DNA of 64,000 nucleotides from Dehalococcoidia bacterium (GCA_040877915.1 JBBDNA010000008.1:37846-101845), one strand, 5' to 3'; positions 15,267 to 24,329 are shown, counted from the stretch's first letter. Notes: generated by a model from the sequence alone, not told the origin. Numbers and translations: made by a program.

Positions 15267-18200
15267 ATGCGCGATTGGAGTGCCCGATCGCCGGACGATA
15301 ACTCAGAACGGGCTGATGCGCAGGACGTTCTCCAGGAAGAGGCGGTACGCGAGGGAATCAAGCTGCCGGATTCGGTAGCCGGCTTCTCTGAGCGGCGGGT
15401 GGCTTTAGTTCACCGCGCTGTCAGAGAGTGGACCCACAATCTAATCGATCTCGGAGGCCGCAACAACATGCTAAACTACCGCGACCTCAAGCGCGGAACA
15501 CTCGACTTGACGGTCGCGGAAAAAGCCGCGCTGTCAAAGCTTCTTGAGGGAAAGACGACCAGGATATCGGCTCTTATTCCTGGTGATGAAGACCGGGAGA
15601 ATGCCCTGAGCCGAGTGCGAACGATCTTCAAGAAGGCGTCAGAGAACTTTGAAGAGCGGGGTATCGAGACGCTGTCGCTCGCTTGTGGTCTAGCGACGTG
15701 GCACAACCCTAAGTCGACATGGCAGCCCCGCGCCCCGGTTCTCATCAGACGTGCCTCACTACATCCCGTGGGCGCTGCACAGGAGGACTTCGAGCTCACC
15801 TTGCTGGAGGACATGGAGGTTAGCTCAGTCCTTGTGCATGTTCTTCGAGTCGAGTTCGAGTGCGAGGTAGATCAGGAGTACTTGTTCGAGCGTATAGAGG
15901 GCTCGATTGATGAGACGTGGGAACTCAACGAAGCGTACGAGTGGATCGCCCGAGAGGCGAACAGCGTGCCTGGCTTCAGCGTCGAGCCGCGCCTCGTGTT
16001 GGCGAACTTCGCCTACACAAAGCTGCCAATGGTTCGAGATCTCGAGGGAGCCTTTGAGGATATTGTTGCGCATGACCTGATCGCTGCGATCGCGGGCGAC
16101 GAGGATGCACGGGAGGCAGCCCGATCTGCCTCGCCTGAGCCAGAATCTGTTCCTTCCCCCGACATTGTTCCCTCTCAGAGTGAGTTTCTGATCCTTGATG
16201 CGGATGCTTCACAGAGTTACGCGATCAATGCCGTCATCGCGGGCGCCAATCTGATCATTAGGGGCCCTCCCGGAACCGGAAAGAGCCAGACCATCGCGAA
16301 CCTCATTGGGTCGCTTGCAGCCCAAGGAAAGAGGACACTGTTCGTCGCTGAGAAGCGCGCAGCCATCGAAGCCGTCCTCAAACGACTGCGGCATGAGAAG
16401 CTCGACGATTTAGTCGTGGACCTTCATGGCGGGCTCGGCTCGCGGCGTGAATTCGCTCAATCCATCGGACGAGCGCTCGACTCCATCCCTATGACTCCTC
16501 CGGTGGACAACGCGGATGAGCATCGTAGGCTGGACCGACACCGGGAGGGGCTCAACCGATACGCCGCAGCTCTGCACGACGTGAGAGAGCCGTGGGGCTT
16601 ATCGGCATATCAGGTTCGCGTCCAGCTGATGAACCTGGAGCGATCGAGATGTGAAACGAGGTTTGTCGGGGAAGCCTTGACGTCACTCACTGAGGAGTCA
16701 GCCCGTCGGCTACAAGAAGAGATCGAAGAATACGTCCATCTAGGTGGACCCCATTTAGAATTGAGCCCGTGGGCAACCTCAACGGTCGCCTCAAACCGGG
16801 ATGTAGCTGAGGCCTATGAGCAGGTCAGGACGTCGCGCCAAGTGCTCCTGCCGCGGGCTTCCCAATTATTTCGGTCGACAGTTGCTGAAACTAGCTTTCA
16901 AGAACCGCCATCACTGAATGACTGGGAACCGAGACTCGATCTGCTCGATGAAGTCGGCAAAACGCTCAGGTTGTTCACGTCAGCTGTCTTTGAACACGAT
17001 CTTGACGACTTGTGCAAGGCACTCGCGCCAGCGCACACTGGCAGGCTGTCTCGGGCATGGGCATCCCTGACATCAGCTGATTACCGGCGGGCACGTCGGA
17101 CGCTAGTGCAACAGCTGCGCGAGGCCGTGAAGGCAAGTGACAAAGAACTGCTGGACCGCTGTGAGCGCGCCCGAGATCAGTTACGAGCATGGCGGTCGTT
17201 TAGCACGACCAGTCAACCTTCTGTACCGGACGATCTCGATGCCGTGAACACGACGTTTGATGAACTGAGGGATGCGCTGGAGGCCGTGGAGAGATGGGTG
17301 GGGCTGAGCGGCCTGTGCGACCTTCCGCCCTCCAGTTTGGAAGTTCGGCTCCAGGCTCTGCTAGCCGACCGGGCGACCCTCGTGAACCTCCCAGACTTGA
17401 AACGCCTGCGAGCTTCGCTCAGCGAAGCAGGTCTCGACGAATTCCTAGAGGAGATGGAGGGCAGCGGTCAAGACTGGGTTGAGCGCTTCCGGTTTTCCTG
17501 GTTGCATTCGATACTCGATCACATCTCTTTGAATGATAGGCATATTGGGGGTTTTATCCCGGATGCGCACGACAAGACGGTCGCGGATTTTAGGCTGGAG
17601 GACCGATCCCACATCGATGCCACACCCGGACGCATCAGGAGGATCTGTGCCGAGAATGCTGTCGCCGCTCGAAGTGCATATGGTGAGCAAGATGAGATCG
17701 TTCGTCGCCAGGCTCGTCTCAAACGAAGGCACCTTCCAATTCGCGAACTGATTCGCTCTGCGGGTGACGTGCTCCTAGCACTGAAGCCGTGTTGGGCCAT
17801 GAGCCCGCTAGTGGTGAGTCAGCTCCTACCAACGAAGGCAGCATTTGATGTCGTTATCTTTGACGAAGCCTCGCAGATAACTCCGGCTGATGCCATCTCG
17901 TCCATACTGAGGGGGCGACAGTTGGTCGTCGCTGGTGATGAAAGGCAATTGCCTCCCAGCGCGTTCTTTGTTGCGGAAGGGCCGGAGGACGAGGAACCGG
18001 ACGATGACGAACTCAACGTACCTATCGTCGCTGGAACCAAGGGATTCGAGTCCATCCTCGACGCCCTCGCCGACCTTCTCCGTCCGCGGATGCTGCAATG
18101 GCATTATCGAAGCCGAGACGAGCGCCTAATCGCTTTCTCGAATGCTCACATCTACGACCGGATGCTCACCACATTCCCTGGCTCGCGGGGTGGCGAGGAG

Positions 18201-19448
18201 GTCCTTGGTCACGTACTGGCACCGTGGGACCCCGCCACCGATACGAACAGCCCGGCACCGGAGGTGAACACTGTGGTGGATCTAATTGTCGAACACTTCC
18301 GCGCCCGCCAGGCCGAATCGTTGGGCGTAATCGCCATGGGGATTAAGCACGCGAATCGCATCGAGGAGGCTCTACTGCAACGTCTTCGTGACGATCCAAA
18401 TTTGGAGGAGGAGCTGTCCGACGTTCTCGACCCGGAGCGTGAGGAGCGTTTTTTCATTAAAAACCTCGAGCGTGTTCAGGGAGACGAGCGGGACGCGATC
18501 ATCCTTACTGTCGGCTATGGGAAGAACGCCCGAGGCGACTTGCCCTATCACTTCGGCCCACTGCTACAGGAAGGCGGCGAGCGCCGGCTGAACGTCGCGG
18601 TAACCCGTGCCAAGAACCGAATGACCCTCGTTTCATCGTTCTCCGCACACGACATGGCACCCGGCCGGTCAGACGCCGAGGGCGTTAAGCTGCTCCGAGA
18701 CTATCTCCAATACATGGAGTCGCTCGGGCAGAATCTCGGTGACCGTGTGATGGAGAAGCCTGCCCTGAACCCCTTCGAGGCCGATGTTAGAGATACTCTC
18801 ACACGCCACGGGCTGAGATTGGTACCGCAGTATGGCACCTCCGGTTACTGGATCGACTTCGCAGTTCAACATCCGGAACGCCCCGGTGACTATGTACTCG
18901 CCCTTGAGTGCGACGGGGCGACCTATCATTCATCGCAGAGCGCTCGCGACAGAGATAGGCTGCGCCAGGAACAGTTGGAGCGCCTGGGATGGCGATTCTG
19001 CCGCATTTGGTCCGGCGACTGGTTTGCTAACAAGGAATCAGCCGTAAAGAAAGTGCTCTCGGCGTATGGGGATGCTCTCGCAGCTGATGCGGTCAATGCT
19101 CCCCCGATCCCCAAGCGCCGAGAGGCGTCCGAGCGTGAAGCTGGCCATGCGCCAGCCCCGTTGGCTCAGAGGTCAAGGAATGGCCCCAGACCGCGAACCT
19201 ACAGGTGGCAATCAGTTCAGAACTATTCGCTGTCGGAGCTCGTGCGGCTAGTTCGCTGGATCGAGTCCGACGGAATACTCCGAACTGAGGATGAACTTAT
19301 GGGCGAGGTTATGGAGGAGCTTGGCTTCCAACGACGCGGCAAGCGAGTTGTATCTCGTATCGCCCAAGCTATTCGTGAGGCTCGGCGCGAGCAAGCAGCC
19401 GCGGGGCCCCCCCGCCCCCTCCCCCTGCCACCACCCCCTTCCACCTGA
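15267..19448 (+). CDS. DUF4011-type N-terminus + Upf1/Dna2-like SF1 helicase (AAA_11/AAA_12) + PD-(D/E)xK DUF559-like nuclease + DUF3320-like C-terminus
   Basis: The ORF is open from GTG 15222. ATG 15267 has a GGAGGG 9 nt upstream. NMLNYRDLKRGTLDL (DUF4011-like). Walker A GPPGTGKSQT (16263-). DEAS (17862-17873). VVAGDERQLPPS. LQWHYRSRDERLIAFSN. VQGDERD. LNVAVTRAKNRM. Nuclease core ALECDGATYHSSQSARDRDRLRQEQLERLGWRFCRIW (about 18900-19010). DUF3320-like ELVRLVRWIESDGILRTEDELMGEVMEELGFQRRG. Visibly lower GC than its neighbours. Confidence 0.85.
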   Translation: MRDWSARSPDDNSERADAQDVLQEEAVREGIKLPDSVAGFSERRVALVHRAVREWTHNLIDLGGRNNMLNYRDLKRGTLDLTVAEKAALSKLLEGKTTRISALIPGDEDRENALSRVRTIFKKASENFEERGIETLSLACGLATWHNPKSTWQPRAPVLIRRASLHPVGAAQEDFELTLLEDMEVSSVLVHVLRVEFECEVDQEYLFERIEGSIDETWELNEAYEWIAREANSVPGFSVEPRLVLANFAYTKLPMVRDLEGAFEDIVAHDLIAAIAGDEDAREAARSASPEPESVPSPDIVPSQSEFLILDADASQSYAINAVIAGANLIIRGPPGTGKSQTIANLIGSLAAQGKRTLFVAEKRAAIEAVLKRLRHEKLDDLVVDLHGGLGSRREFAQSIGRALDSIPMTPPVDNADEHRRLDRHREGLNRYAAALHDVREPWGLSAYQVRVQLMNLERSRCETRFVGEALTSLTEESARRLQEEIEEYVHLGGPHLELSPWATSTVASNRDVAEAYEQVRTSRQVLLPRASQLFRSTVAETSFQEPPSLNDWEPRLDLLDEVGKTLRLFTSAVFEHDLDDLCKALAPAHTGRLSRAWASLTSADYRRARRTLVQQLREAVKASDKELLDRCERARDQLRAWRSFSTTSQPSVPDDLDAVNTTFDELRDALEAVERWVGLSGLCDLPPSSLEVRLQALLADRATLVNLPDLKRLRASLSEAGLDEFLEEMEGSGQDWVERFRFSWLHSILDHISLNDRHIGGFIPDAHDKTVADFRLEDRSHIDATPGRIRRICAENAVAARSAYGEQDEIVRRQARLKRRHLPIRELIRSAGDVLLALKPCWAMSPLVVSQLLPTKAAFDVVIFDEASQITPADAISSILRGRQLVVAGDERQLPPSAFFVAEGPEDEEPDDDELNVPIVAGTKGFESILDALADLLRPRMLQWHYRSRDERLIAFSNAHIYDRMLTTFPGSRGGEEVLGHVLAPWDPATDTNSPAPEVNTVVDLIVEHFRARQAESLGVIAMGIKHANRIEEALLQRLRDDPNLEEELSDVLDPEREERFFIKNLERVQGDERDAIILTVGYGKNARGDLPYHFGPLLQEGGERRLNVAVTRAKNRMTLVSSFSAHDMAPGRSDAEGVKLLRDYLQYMESLGQNLGDRVMEKPALNPFEADVRDTLTRHGLRLVPQYGTSGYWIDFAVQHPERPGDYVLALECDGATYHSSQSARDRDRLRQEQLERLGWRFCRIWSGDWFANKESAVKKVLSAYGDALAADAVNAPPIPKRREASEREAGHAPAPLAQRSRNGPRPRTYRWQSVQNYSLSELVRLVRWIESDGILRTEDELMGEVMEELGFQRRGKRVVSRIAQAIREARREQAAAGPPRPLPLPPPPST

Positions 19449-19478
19449 CGCCGCGCGTCGCCTACCATCCCTTGCGCT

Positions 19479-21440
19479 ATGCGCTCCCTCTCCGCCGCCC
19501 TCCTCGACGCCCAGCGCAGCCCCTCCGCCACCCCCTACCTCCGCGTCACCGTCGACGACCGCATCGGCGGGATACGGCGGCTGGCGTTCCAGCGGCTGTA
19601 CAGCGGCTCCGAGCCGGACGGCTACCACGCCGCGACGATGCCGGGGGACGGCTCGCTGCTGCGGTCGCGGGTGACGGGCGGCCACCTGTACTACCAGCGG
19701 GTGACCAGCCCCGGCCCGGGCAGCGACTACGCGACGTGGTCGGACCTGGGCGCCGTCGGCAGCGGCGACACGGCGCTGGCCAGCGTCGGGTCGAACGTGC
19801 TGCTGTTCCACGTCGACACCGACACGAAGAAGGTCCGCCTGCGCGAGAGCACGGACAACGGGGCCACCCTCGGCTCGCCCGTAACGCTCGTCACCGCCCC
19901 CTCCGACGTCACCTGGCTCGCCGCCGCCATGAAATCGAACGGCGACGCCCTGCTGCTGTACTCCGCCGGCGCCACGGTGTACCGGCTGAAGCGCACGAGC
20001 GGCGTCTGGGGCAGTGCGGCGGCGTGGTCGAACAGCGTGGCCGCTGTCAGCGGCCTGGCCTGCCGCTACACGGCCGACTTCAACGCGCTCGTGGCGGGCG
20101 AGGACGCGGCCGGCGACGCCTTCCTGTGGTCGGTCATCTACGGCGACGGCTTCCTGCAGGCGCCGGACACCTGGTCGCCCCTGCGCGAGGTGATGCGGGC
20201 CAGCGCCGGGTCGTCGCTGACCTATCGGGCGCCGTTCCTGGGCCGGCCCGACACCCACCGCCTCACCGTCGTCGAGAAGTACGCCGGCAGCCAGGCCTAC
20301 GCCCGCGCTTACCACGGCTACTCGCCCGCCACCGCCGGATACGCCGACAACCTCTGGCGCGAGCCCGTCCCCTTCGACTTCACGACCGAGTACGGCCTGG
20401 CGATCGCCCACAGCGCGACCGCCGCCTGGCTCTGCGCACCCTCCGGCGTCTGGACGTCGCCCCTGACCGGCGACCCGCTGGACCTCACCGCCGACGTCCT
20501 CGAGGCGACGGTCGACGACCGGCCGCCGCCCGCCGGCGGGTCGATGCGCATCGTCCTCCGCAACGAGGACGGCCGCTACACCGACGAGCCGCTGCTGAAG
20601 TCGGGCGCGGAGGTGCGGGTCAGCCCCGGCTACGTCACCGCCGACGGCCCCGAGTCGTCGTTCGGTCCCGCCTTCTGGATCGAGGGCGTCGAGCGCGTCT
20701 CCGGTGACGGCGAGGGCAGCGTCGTCCTGCACGGCCGCGACGCCTGGGGGCTGCTGGCCGGCTGGCGGGCGCGTCGCCAGTACGCCTGGGCCGCCGGCGA
20801 GAAGAGCGTCTTCGCTATCCTCCAGTTCCTGTTCGCCCGCGCCGGGCTGGAGTTCAGCGCCCTCGGCGGCAGCGCCGACTCCGTGAACCTGTTCCCGGCC
20901 TTCACCCTCCACCCGGGCGAATCCGGGCTGACCGCCGTCCAGCGGCTGCTGGACATCGTGCCCGACGTCATCCTCATCCGCGGCGAGTTCGCTTTCCTCA
21001 AGGAGCCGCTTTCGACCGAGTCGTCCGTGTACGCCTACGGCGCCGACCACGCGCTGCTGGGCGGGAGGTATCGAGAGCTGGCGGCGGCGGTGAACCGCGC
21101 GCAAGTCTTCGGCTCGGCCGTCTTCGCGGAGCGTCTGGACTGGCCCGCCGTCGAATCCGGCTACGACCGCCTGGTCCAGGTGCACGACCTCAACCTGACG
21201 ACGGTCGCGCAGGCGCAGGACCGCGGCGATGCGCTGCTGCGGGAGGCCGCCCTCGCCGCTGAGGACGGCTCGATCACCGTCCCCGTCAACTGCGGCCAGG
21301 AGCTGTACGATGTCATCGACGTGACCGACGCCGCCGCCGGCCTCGCCGCCGAGAAGCGCCGCGTCCTCGCCCTGGAGCTGCGCTACTCCACGGGGGCGAC
21401 GCCGTCGTACGTGCAGCGGCTGTCGCTGGGGGGGTTGTAG
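19479..21440 (+). CDS. phage tail/baseplate hub-like protein (N-terminal BNR/sialidase-like propeller, C-terminal gpD-like region)
   Basis: 653 aa. The N-terminal half has repeated strand patterns and a BNR-like STDNGATL. The C-terminal half (LEATVDDR...SMRIVLRNEDGRY...GAEVRVSPGY...FWIEGVERV...VFAILQFLFARAGLEF...) follows the layout of late-control-D/tail-hub proteins. Confidence 0.45.
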   Translation: MRSLSAALLDAQRSPSATPYLRVTVDDRIGGIRRLAFQRLYSGSEPDGYHAATMPGDGSLLRSRVTGGHLYYQRVTSPGPGSDYATWSDLGAVGSGDTALASVGSNVLLFHVDTDTKKVRLRESTDNGATLGSPVTLVTAPSDVTWLAAAMKSNGDALLLYSAGATVYRLKRTSGVWGSAAAWSNSVAAVSGLACRYTADFNALVAGEDAAGDAFLWSVIYGDGFLQAPDTWSPLREVMRASAGSSLTYRAPFLGRPDTHRLTVVEKYAGSQAYARAYHGYSPATAGYADNLWREPVPFDFTTEYGLAIAHSATAAWLCAPSGVWTSPLTGDPLDLTADVLEATVDDRPPPAGGSMRIVLRNEDGRYTDEPLLKSGAEVRVSPGYVTADGPESSFGPAFWIEGVERVSGDGEGSVVLHGRDAWGLLAGWRARRQYAWAAGEKSVFAILQFLFARAGLEFSALGGSADSVNLFPAFTLHPGESGLTAVQRLLDIVPDVILIRGEFAFLKEPLSTESSVYAYGADHALLGGRYRELAAAVNRAQVFGSAVFAERLDWPAVESGYDRLVQVHDLNLTTVAQAQDRGDALLREAALAAEDGSITVPVNCGQELYDVIDVTDAAAGLAAEKRRVLALELRYSTGATPSYVQRLSLGGL

Positions 21441-21648
21441 GGGGGAGCGACACGATTGACCTCAGTTCCTCCCTCTCCTAGGATGATGGAGCCATGGCAA
21501 GCAAGGCACCGAGTTCGAAGCGAAGCACGGCAACCTCTCGTAAGCGCACCGCTTCTAGCGGTAAGGATGGCCGCAGCCGAGTTGGAAGGCCGCCAGCATC
21601 ACGGCCAAGGTCCATCGGCGCGCGTTGAAAGAGCTACAGAAACACTAG

Positions 21649-21867
21649 CCTTGCCCCGGCTCTGGTACCCAGGAGGAAGACGACGTTGAGGAGATCGCCT
21701 CCGTACTGACCACGGAGCTCTTCCCCCACGATTCGCCATCAGAATTCCATTTGCTTGGAGGGGAGGGCAAAGCGATGCTTCTGTCCGCCCTAGCTCTACC
21801 GCGGCAGCCCTACTACCGGATCCGAAGGAATCGGCCCGCTTGGACATACTCCCTCATCCCGCTATAA
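21649..21867 (+). pseudogene. possible remnant of a Doc/Fic-family toxin N-terminus
   Basis: 72-codon open frame without a start codon. VEEIASVLTTELF...LLGGEGKAMLLSALALPRQPYY resembles the Doc N-terminal consensus (...GG..G.RD.GLLESALARPQ...) and then diverges and stops. The surrounding 21441-21900 region is AT-richer. Confidence 0.3.
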
Positions 21868-21894
21868 TGGCGTTCGAATAGCACGTCTATTCGA
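21863..21894 (+). promoter_or_regulatory. ruvB promoter -10 (TATAAT) followed by a perfect 8-bp-arm palindrome (candidate operator)
   Basis: TATAAT at 21863-21868. tcgaatag-cacgt-ctattcga at 21874-21894, ending 6 nt before ATG 21901. Confidence 0.35.
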
Positions 21895-21900
21895 GTCAAT

Positions 21901-22932
21901 ATGGACGCAGCCACCCCGCGGCTCACCTCCGGCAAGATCCAGGAAGACGACATCGCCCTGGACACCACCCTCCGGCCCCGCCGCTTCGACGAGTTCGTCG
22001 GCCAGGAGAAGATCAAGGACAACCTGTCGATAGCCGTCGCCGCCGCCCAGGGCCGCGACGAGCCCCTGGACCACCTGCTACTGTACGGCCCCCCCGGCCT
22101 CGGCAAGACTACCCTCGCCCACATCGTCGCCCACGAGATGGCCGTCTCCGTCCGCGTCACCTCCGGCCCCGCCATCGAGCGCGCCGGCGACCTCGCGTCC
22201 ATCCTGACGAACCTGCAGGAGAACGACGTCCTGTTCATCGACGAGATCCACCGCCTGCCCCGCGCCGCCGAGGAGGTGCTCTACCCAGCCATGGAGGACT
22301 TCGCGCTCGACATCATCCTCGGGCGCGGGCCCGGCGCCCGCAGCGTGCGCCTCTCCGTGCCCCGCTTCACCCTCGTCGGCGCGACGACCCGCTACGCGAT
22401 GCTCAGCCCGCCCCTGCGTGACCGCTTCGGCGCCGTCTACCGGCTCGACTTCTACGACGAACCTGCCATCGCCACCATCATCCGCCGCTCCGCGACCATC
22501 CTCGACGTCCCCCTCGACGACGAGGGCTCCGGGGAGATCGCCCGCCGCTCCCGCGGCACGCCCCGCGTCGCCAACCGGCTGCTCCGTCGCGCCCGCGACT
22601 ACGCGCAGGTCCGCGGCAGCGGCACCATCACCGCCGACGCCGCCCGCGAGGCCATGGCCCGCCTCGACGTCGACGAGCTGGGCCTCGACGAGGTCGACCA
22701 CAAGGTCCTGCGCACGATCATCGAGAAGTACGACGGCGGCCCCGTCGGCATCGAGACCATCGCCGCCTCCATCTCCGAGGAGGCGGACACCATCATGGAC
22801 GTCTACGAGCCCTACCTGATGCAGGTCGGCTTCCTCCAGCGCACGCCGCGCGGCCGCGTGGCCACTCGCCACGCCTACGGCCACCTGGGGCTGGAGGCGC
22901 CGCAGCAGCTTCAGCAACGCCTGCTCGAATAG
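21901..22932 (+). CDS. ruvB: Holliday junction branch-migration DNA helicase RuvB
   Basis: 343 aa. [12 protein letters not shown], Walker [12 protein letters not shown], Walker [10 protein letters not shown], and the sensor region GATTR...PLRDRFG are all canonical RuvB motifs. Confidence 0.95.
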   Translation: MDAATPRLTSGKIQEDDIALDTTLRPRRFDEFVGQEKIKDNLSIAVAAAQGRDEPLDHLLLYGPPGLGKTTLAHIVAHEMAVSVRVTSGPAIERAGDLASILTNLQENDVLFIDEIHRLPRAAEEVLYPAMEDFALDIILGRGPGARSVRLSVPRFTLVGATTRYAMLSPPLRDRFGAVYRLDFYDEPAIATIIRRSATILDVPLDDEGSGEIARRSRGTPRVANRLLRRARDYAQVRGSGTITADAAREAMARLDVDELGLDEVDHKVLRTIIEKYDGGPVGIETIAASISEEADTIMDVYEPYLMQVGFLQRTPRGRVATRHAYGHLGLEAPQQLQQRLLE

Positions 22933-22945
22933 GAGACCTGCGCCC

Positions 22946-23413
22946 ATGCCCAACCCGTTCATGCTCAGCCGCTTCTACCACCGGCTCTCCAACATCTTCG
23001 TCGCGCCTTCGTTCCGGGTCTTCCCAATGCCCAGGGGGTTCGCCCTGCTCACCGTCACCGGCCGACGCTCCGGCAAGCCGCGGCGGCGACCCGTTCGCGC
23101 CATCGACAAGGACGGCACGCTGTACGCCGTCGCCATCCTCGGCGAGCGCTCGGACTGGCTGCGCAACGTCCGCGCCCAGCCCCGCGTCAGCGTCAAGCTG
23201 GGCGGCCGCACGCGCCCCGCCACCGCCCGCGAGCTGGCCGCGGGCGCCGAGCGCGACGACGCGGCGCGACTGTACGCCGACACCGTCGTGCCCTACGACT
23301 ACGTCGACTACCCCAGCGTGCACTGGGGGTTCCCCACGCGGCGCAAGATCGTTCAGGCCCACCACGAGTGGGTCCGCGACGGCGTCTTCGTCGCGATCGA
23401 CCTCGACGCCTAG
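22946..23413 (+). CDS. nitroreductase/deazaflavin (F420H2)-dependent quinone reductase family protein
   Basis: 155 aa. LLTVTGRRSGKPRRRPVRAIDKDGTLYAVA...SDWLRNVRAQPRV matches the DDN/F420H2-dependent reductase family pattern. Confidence 0.75.
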   Translation: MPNPFMLSRFYHRLSNIFVAPSFRVFPMPRGFALLTVTGRRSGKPRRRPVRAIDKDGTLYAVAILGERSDWLRNVRAQPRVSVKLGGRTRPATARELAAGAERDDAARLYADTVVPYDYVDYPSVHWGFPTRRKIVQAHHEWVRDGVFVAIDLDA

Positions 23414-23452
23414 CGCCTTCACAGGACGGGCGAGCCGGGGTAGACTGCTACC

Positions 23453-24070
23453 GTGATCGAGAACCGGATCCGGATGATCGTCACCCTCTGCGCGTCCGCG
23501 CTGCTGGCCCTGCTCCTGGCCGCCTGCACGGAGTCAGCGGACGCGCCCACCCAGGAGACACCGGACGCCGGGACGCCGGCAGCCGCAACGCCGACTGCGG
23601 GCGAGGCGACGGCCTTCTCGATTACCAGCGACGCGTTCGCGGAGGGAGAGGCGATCCCCGCCGTTCACACCTGTGACGGCGACAACACCTCGCCGCCGCT
23701 GGCCTGGAGCGGCGCGCCCGAGGGCACGCAGGCGTTCGCGCTGATCGTGGACGACGCCGATGCCCCCGGCGGTGTCTTCACCCACTGGCTGCTGTTCAAC
23801 CTGCCCGGCGCCGCGACGGAGCTACCCGAGGGCATCCCCGCAACGGAGCAGCTGGACAGCGGCGCGACCCAGGGGTTGAACGACGCCGGCAGCGTGGGGT
23901 ACTCCGGCCCCTGCCCACCCGCGGGCCCCGCCCACACCTACACCTTCACGATCTTCGCTCTCGACAGGGAGATTACGCCGGCCGCGAGCGCGGTCAAGTC
24001 GGATGTCGTGGACGCCATGGAGGGCGTCGTCCTGGGCGTCGCCCGGCTCACCGGCGACTACGGGCGATAG
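23453..24070 (+). CDS. YbhB/YbcL (PEBP/Raf-kinase-inhibitor-like) family lipoprotein
   Basis: 205 aa. Signal sequence with lipobox LLLAAC. SPPLAWSG.P, ALIVDDADAP.GVFTHW and GYSGPCPP...HTYTFTIFALD are the PEBP bacterial signature. Confidence 0.85.
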   Translation: MIENRIRMIVTLCASALLALLLAACTESADAPTQETPDAGTPAAATPTAGEATAFSITSDAFAEGEAIPAVHTCDGDNTSPPLAWSGAPEGTQAFALIVDDADAPGGVFTHWLLFNLPGAATELPEGIPATEQLDSGATQGLNDAGSVGYSGPCPPAGPAHTYTFTIFALDREITPAASAVKSDVVDAMEGVVLGVARLTGDYGR

Positions 24071-24093
24071 CCCCCCGGGCCCGCCCCGCCAGC

Positions 24094-24294
24094 CTACCCG
24101 CGCGCCGCGAACAGCAGTATCGCCTGCGACAGCGACATCGATCGCTCCTGCTTGCCGGCAACGTGGCCGCAACGCAGGCAGGTCGTGTGCGCCCCCAGGC
24201 CGCCGCGCTCGACGGTGACTGCGCCGCCGCACTGCGGGCAGGCGCTCTCCCGCACTCCGCCCTCCTGGGGCCGGGTCATCTCTTCTCTAACCAT
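24094..24294 (-). CDS. small zinc-ribbon protein (66 aa), unknown function
   Basis: ATG 24294 is preceded by GAAGGAGGAGG. The protein has two CxxC pairs (CPQCGG...CLRCGH) and a hydrophobic C-terminal tail. The ORF-track start at 24348 would overlap the terminator hairpin. Confidence 0.5.
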   Translation of the reverse strand: MVREEMTRPQEGGVRESACPQCGGAVTVERGGLGAHTTCLRCGHVAGKQERSMSLSQAILLFAARG

Positions 24295-24329
24295 CACATC
24301 CTCCTCCTTCGTCTCTTGGCGAGGGCAAC

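Noticed and set aside
19248-21185. 645-aa minus-strand ORF overlapping the 653-aa tail-hub-like gene
   Set aside because: It is a shadow frame with an extreme R/G/A/P bias and no motifs. The plus-strand frame has normal amino-acid composition and recognisable domain layout.
21494-21628. 44-codon highly basic ORF (MASKAPSSKRSTATSRKRTASSGKDGRSRVGRPPASRPRSIGAR) upstream of the Doc-like fragment, as a possible antitoxin
   Set aside because: It has a GGAG 3 nt upstream but low complexity, no resemblance to Phd/RHH/AbrB antitoxins and no supporting evidence. The overlapping 77-aa track ORF (21456-21689) is equally unconvincing.
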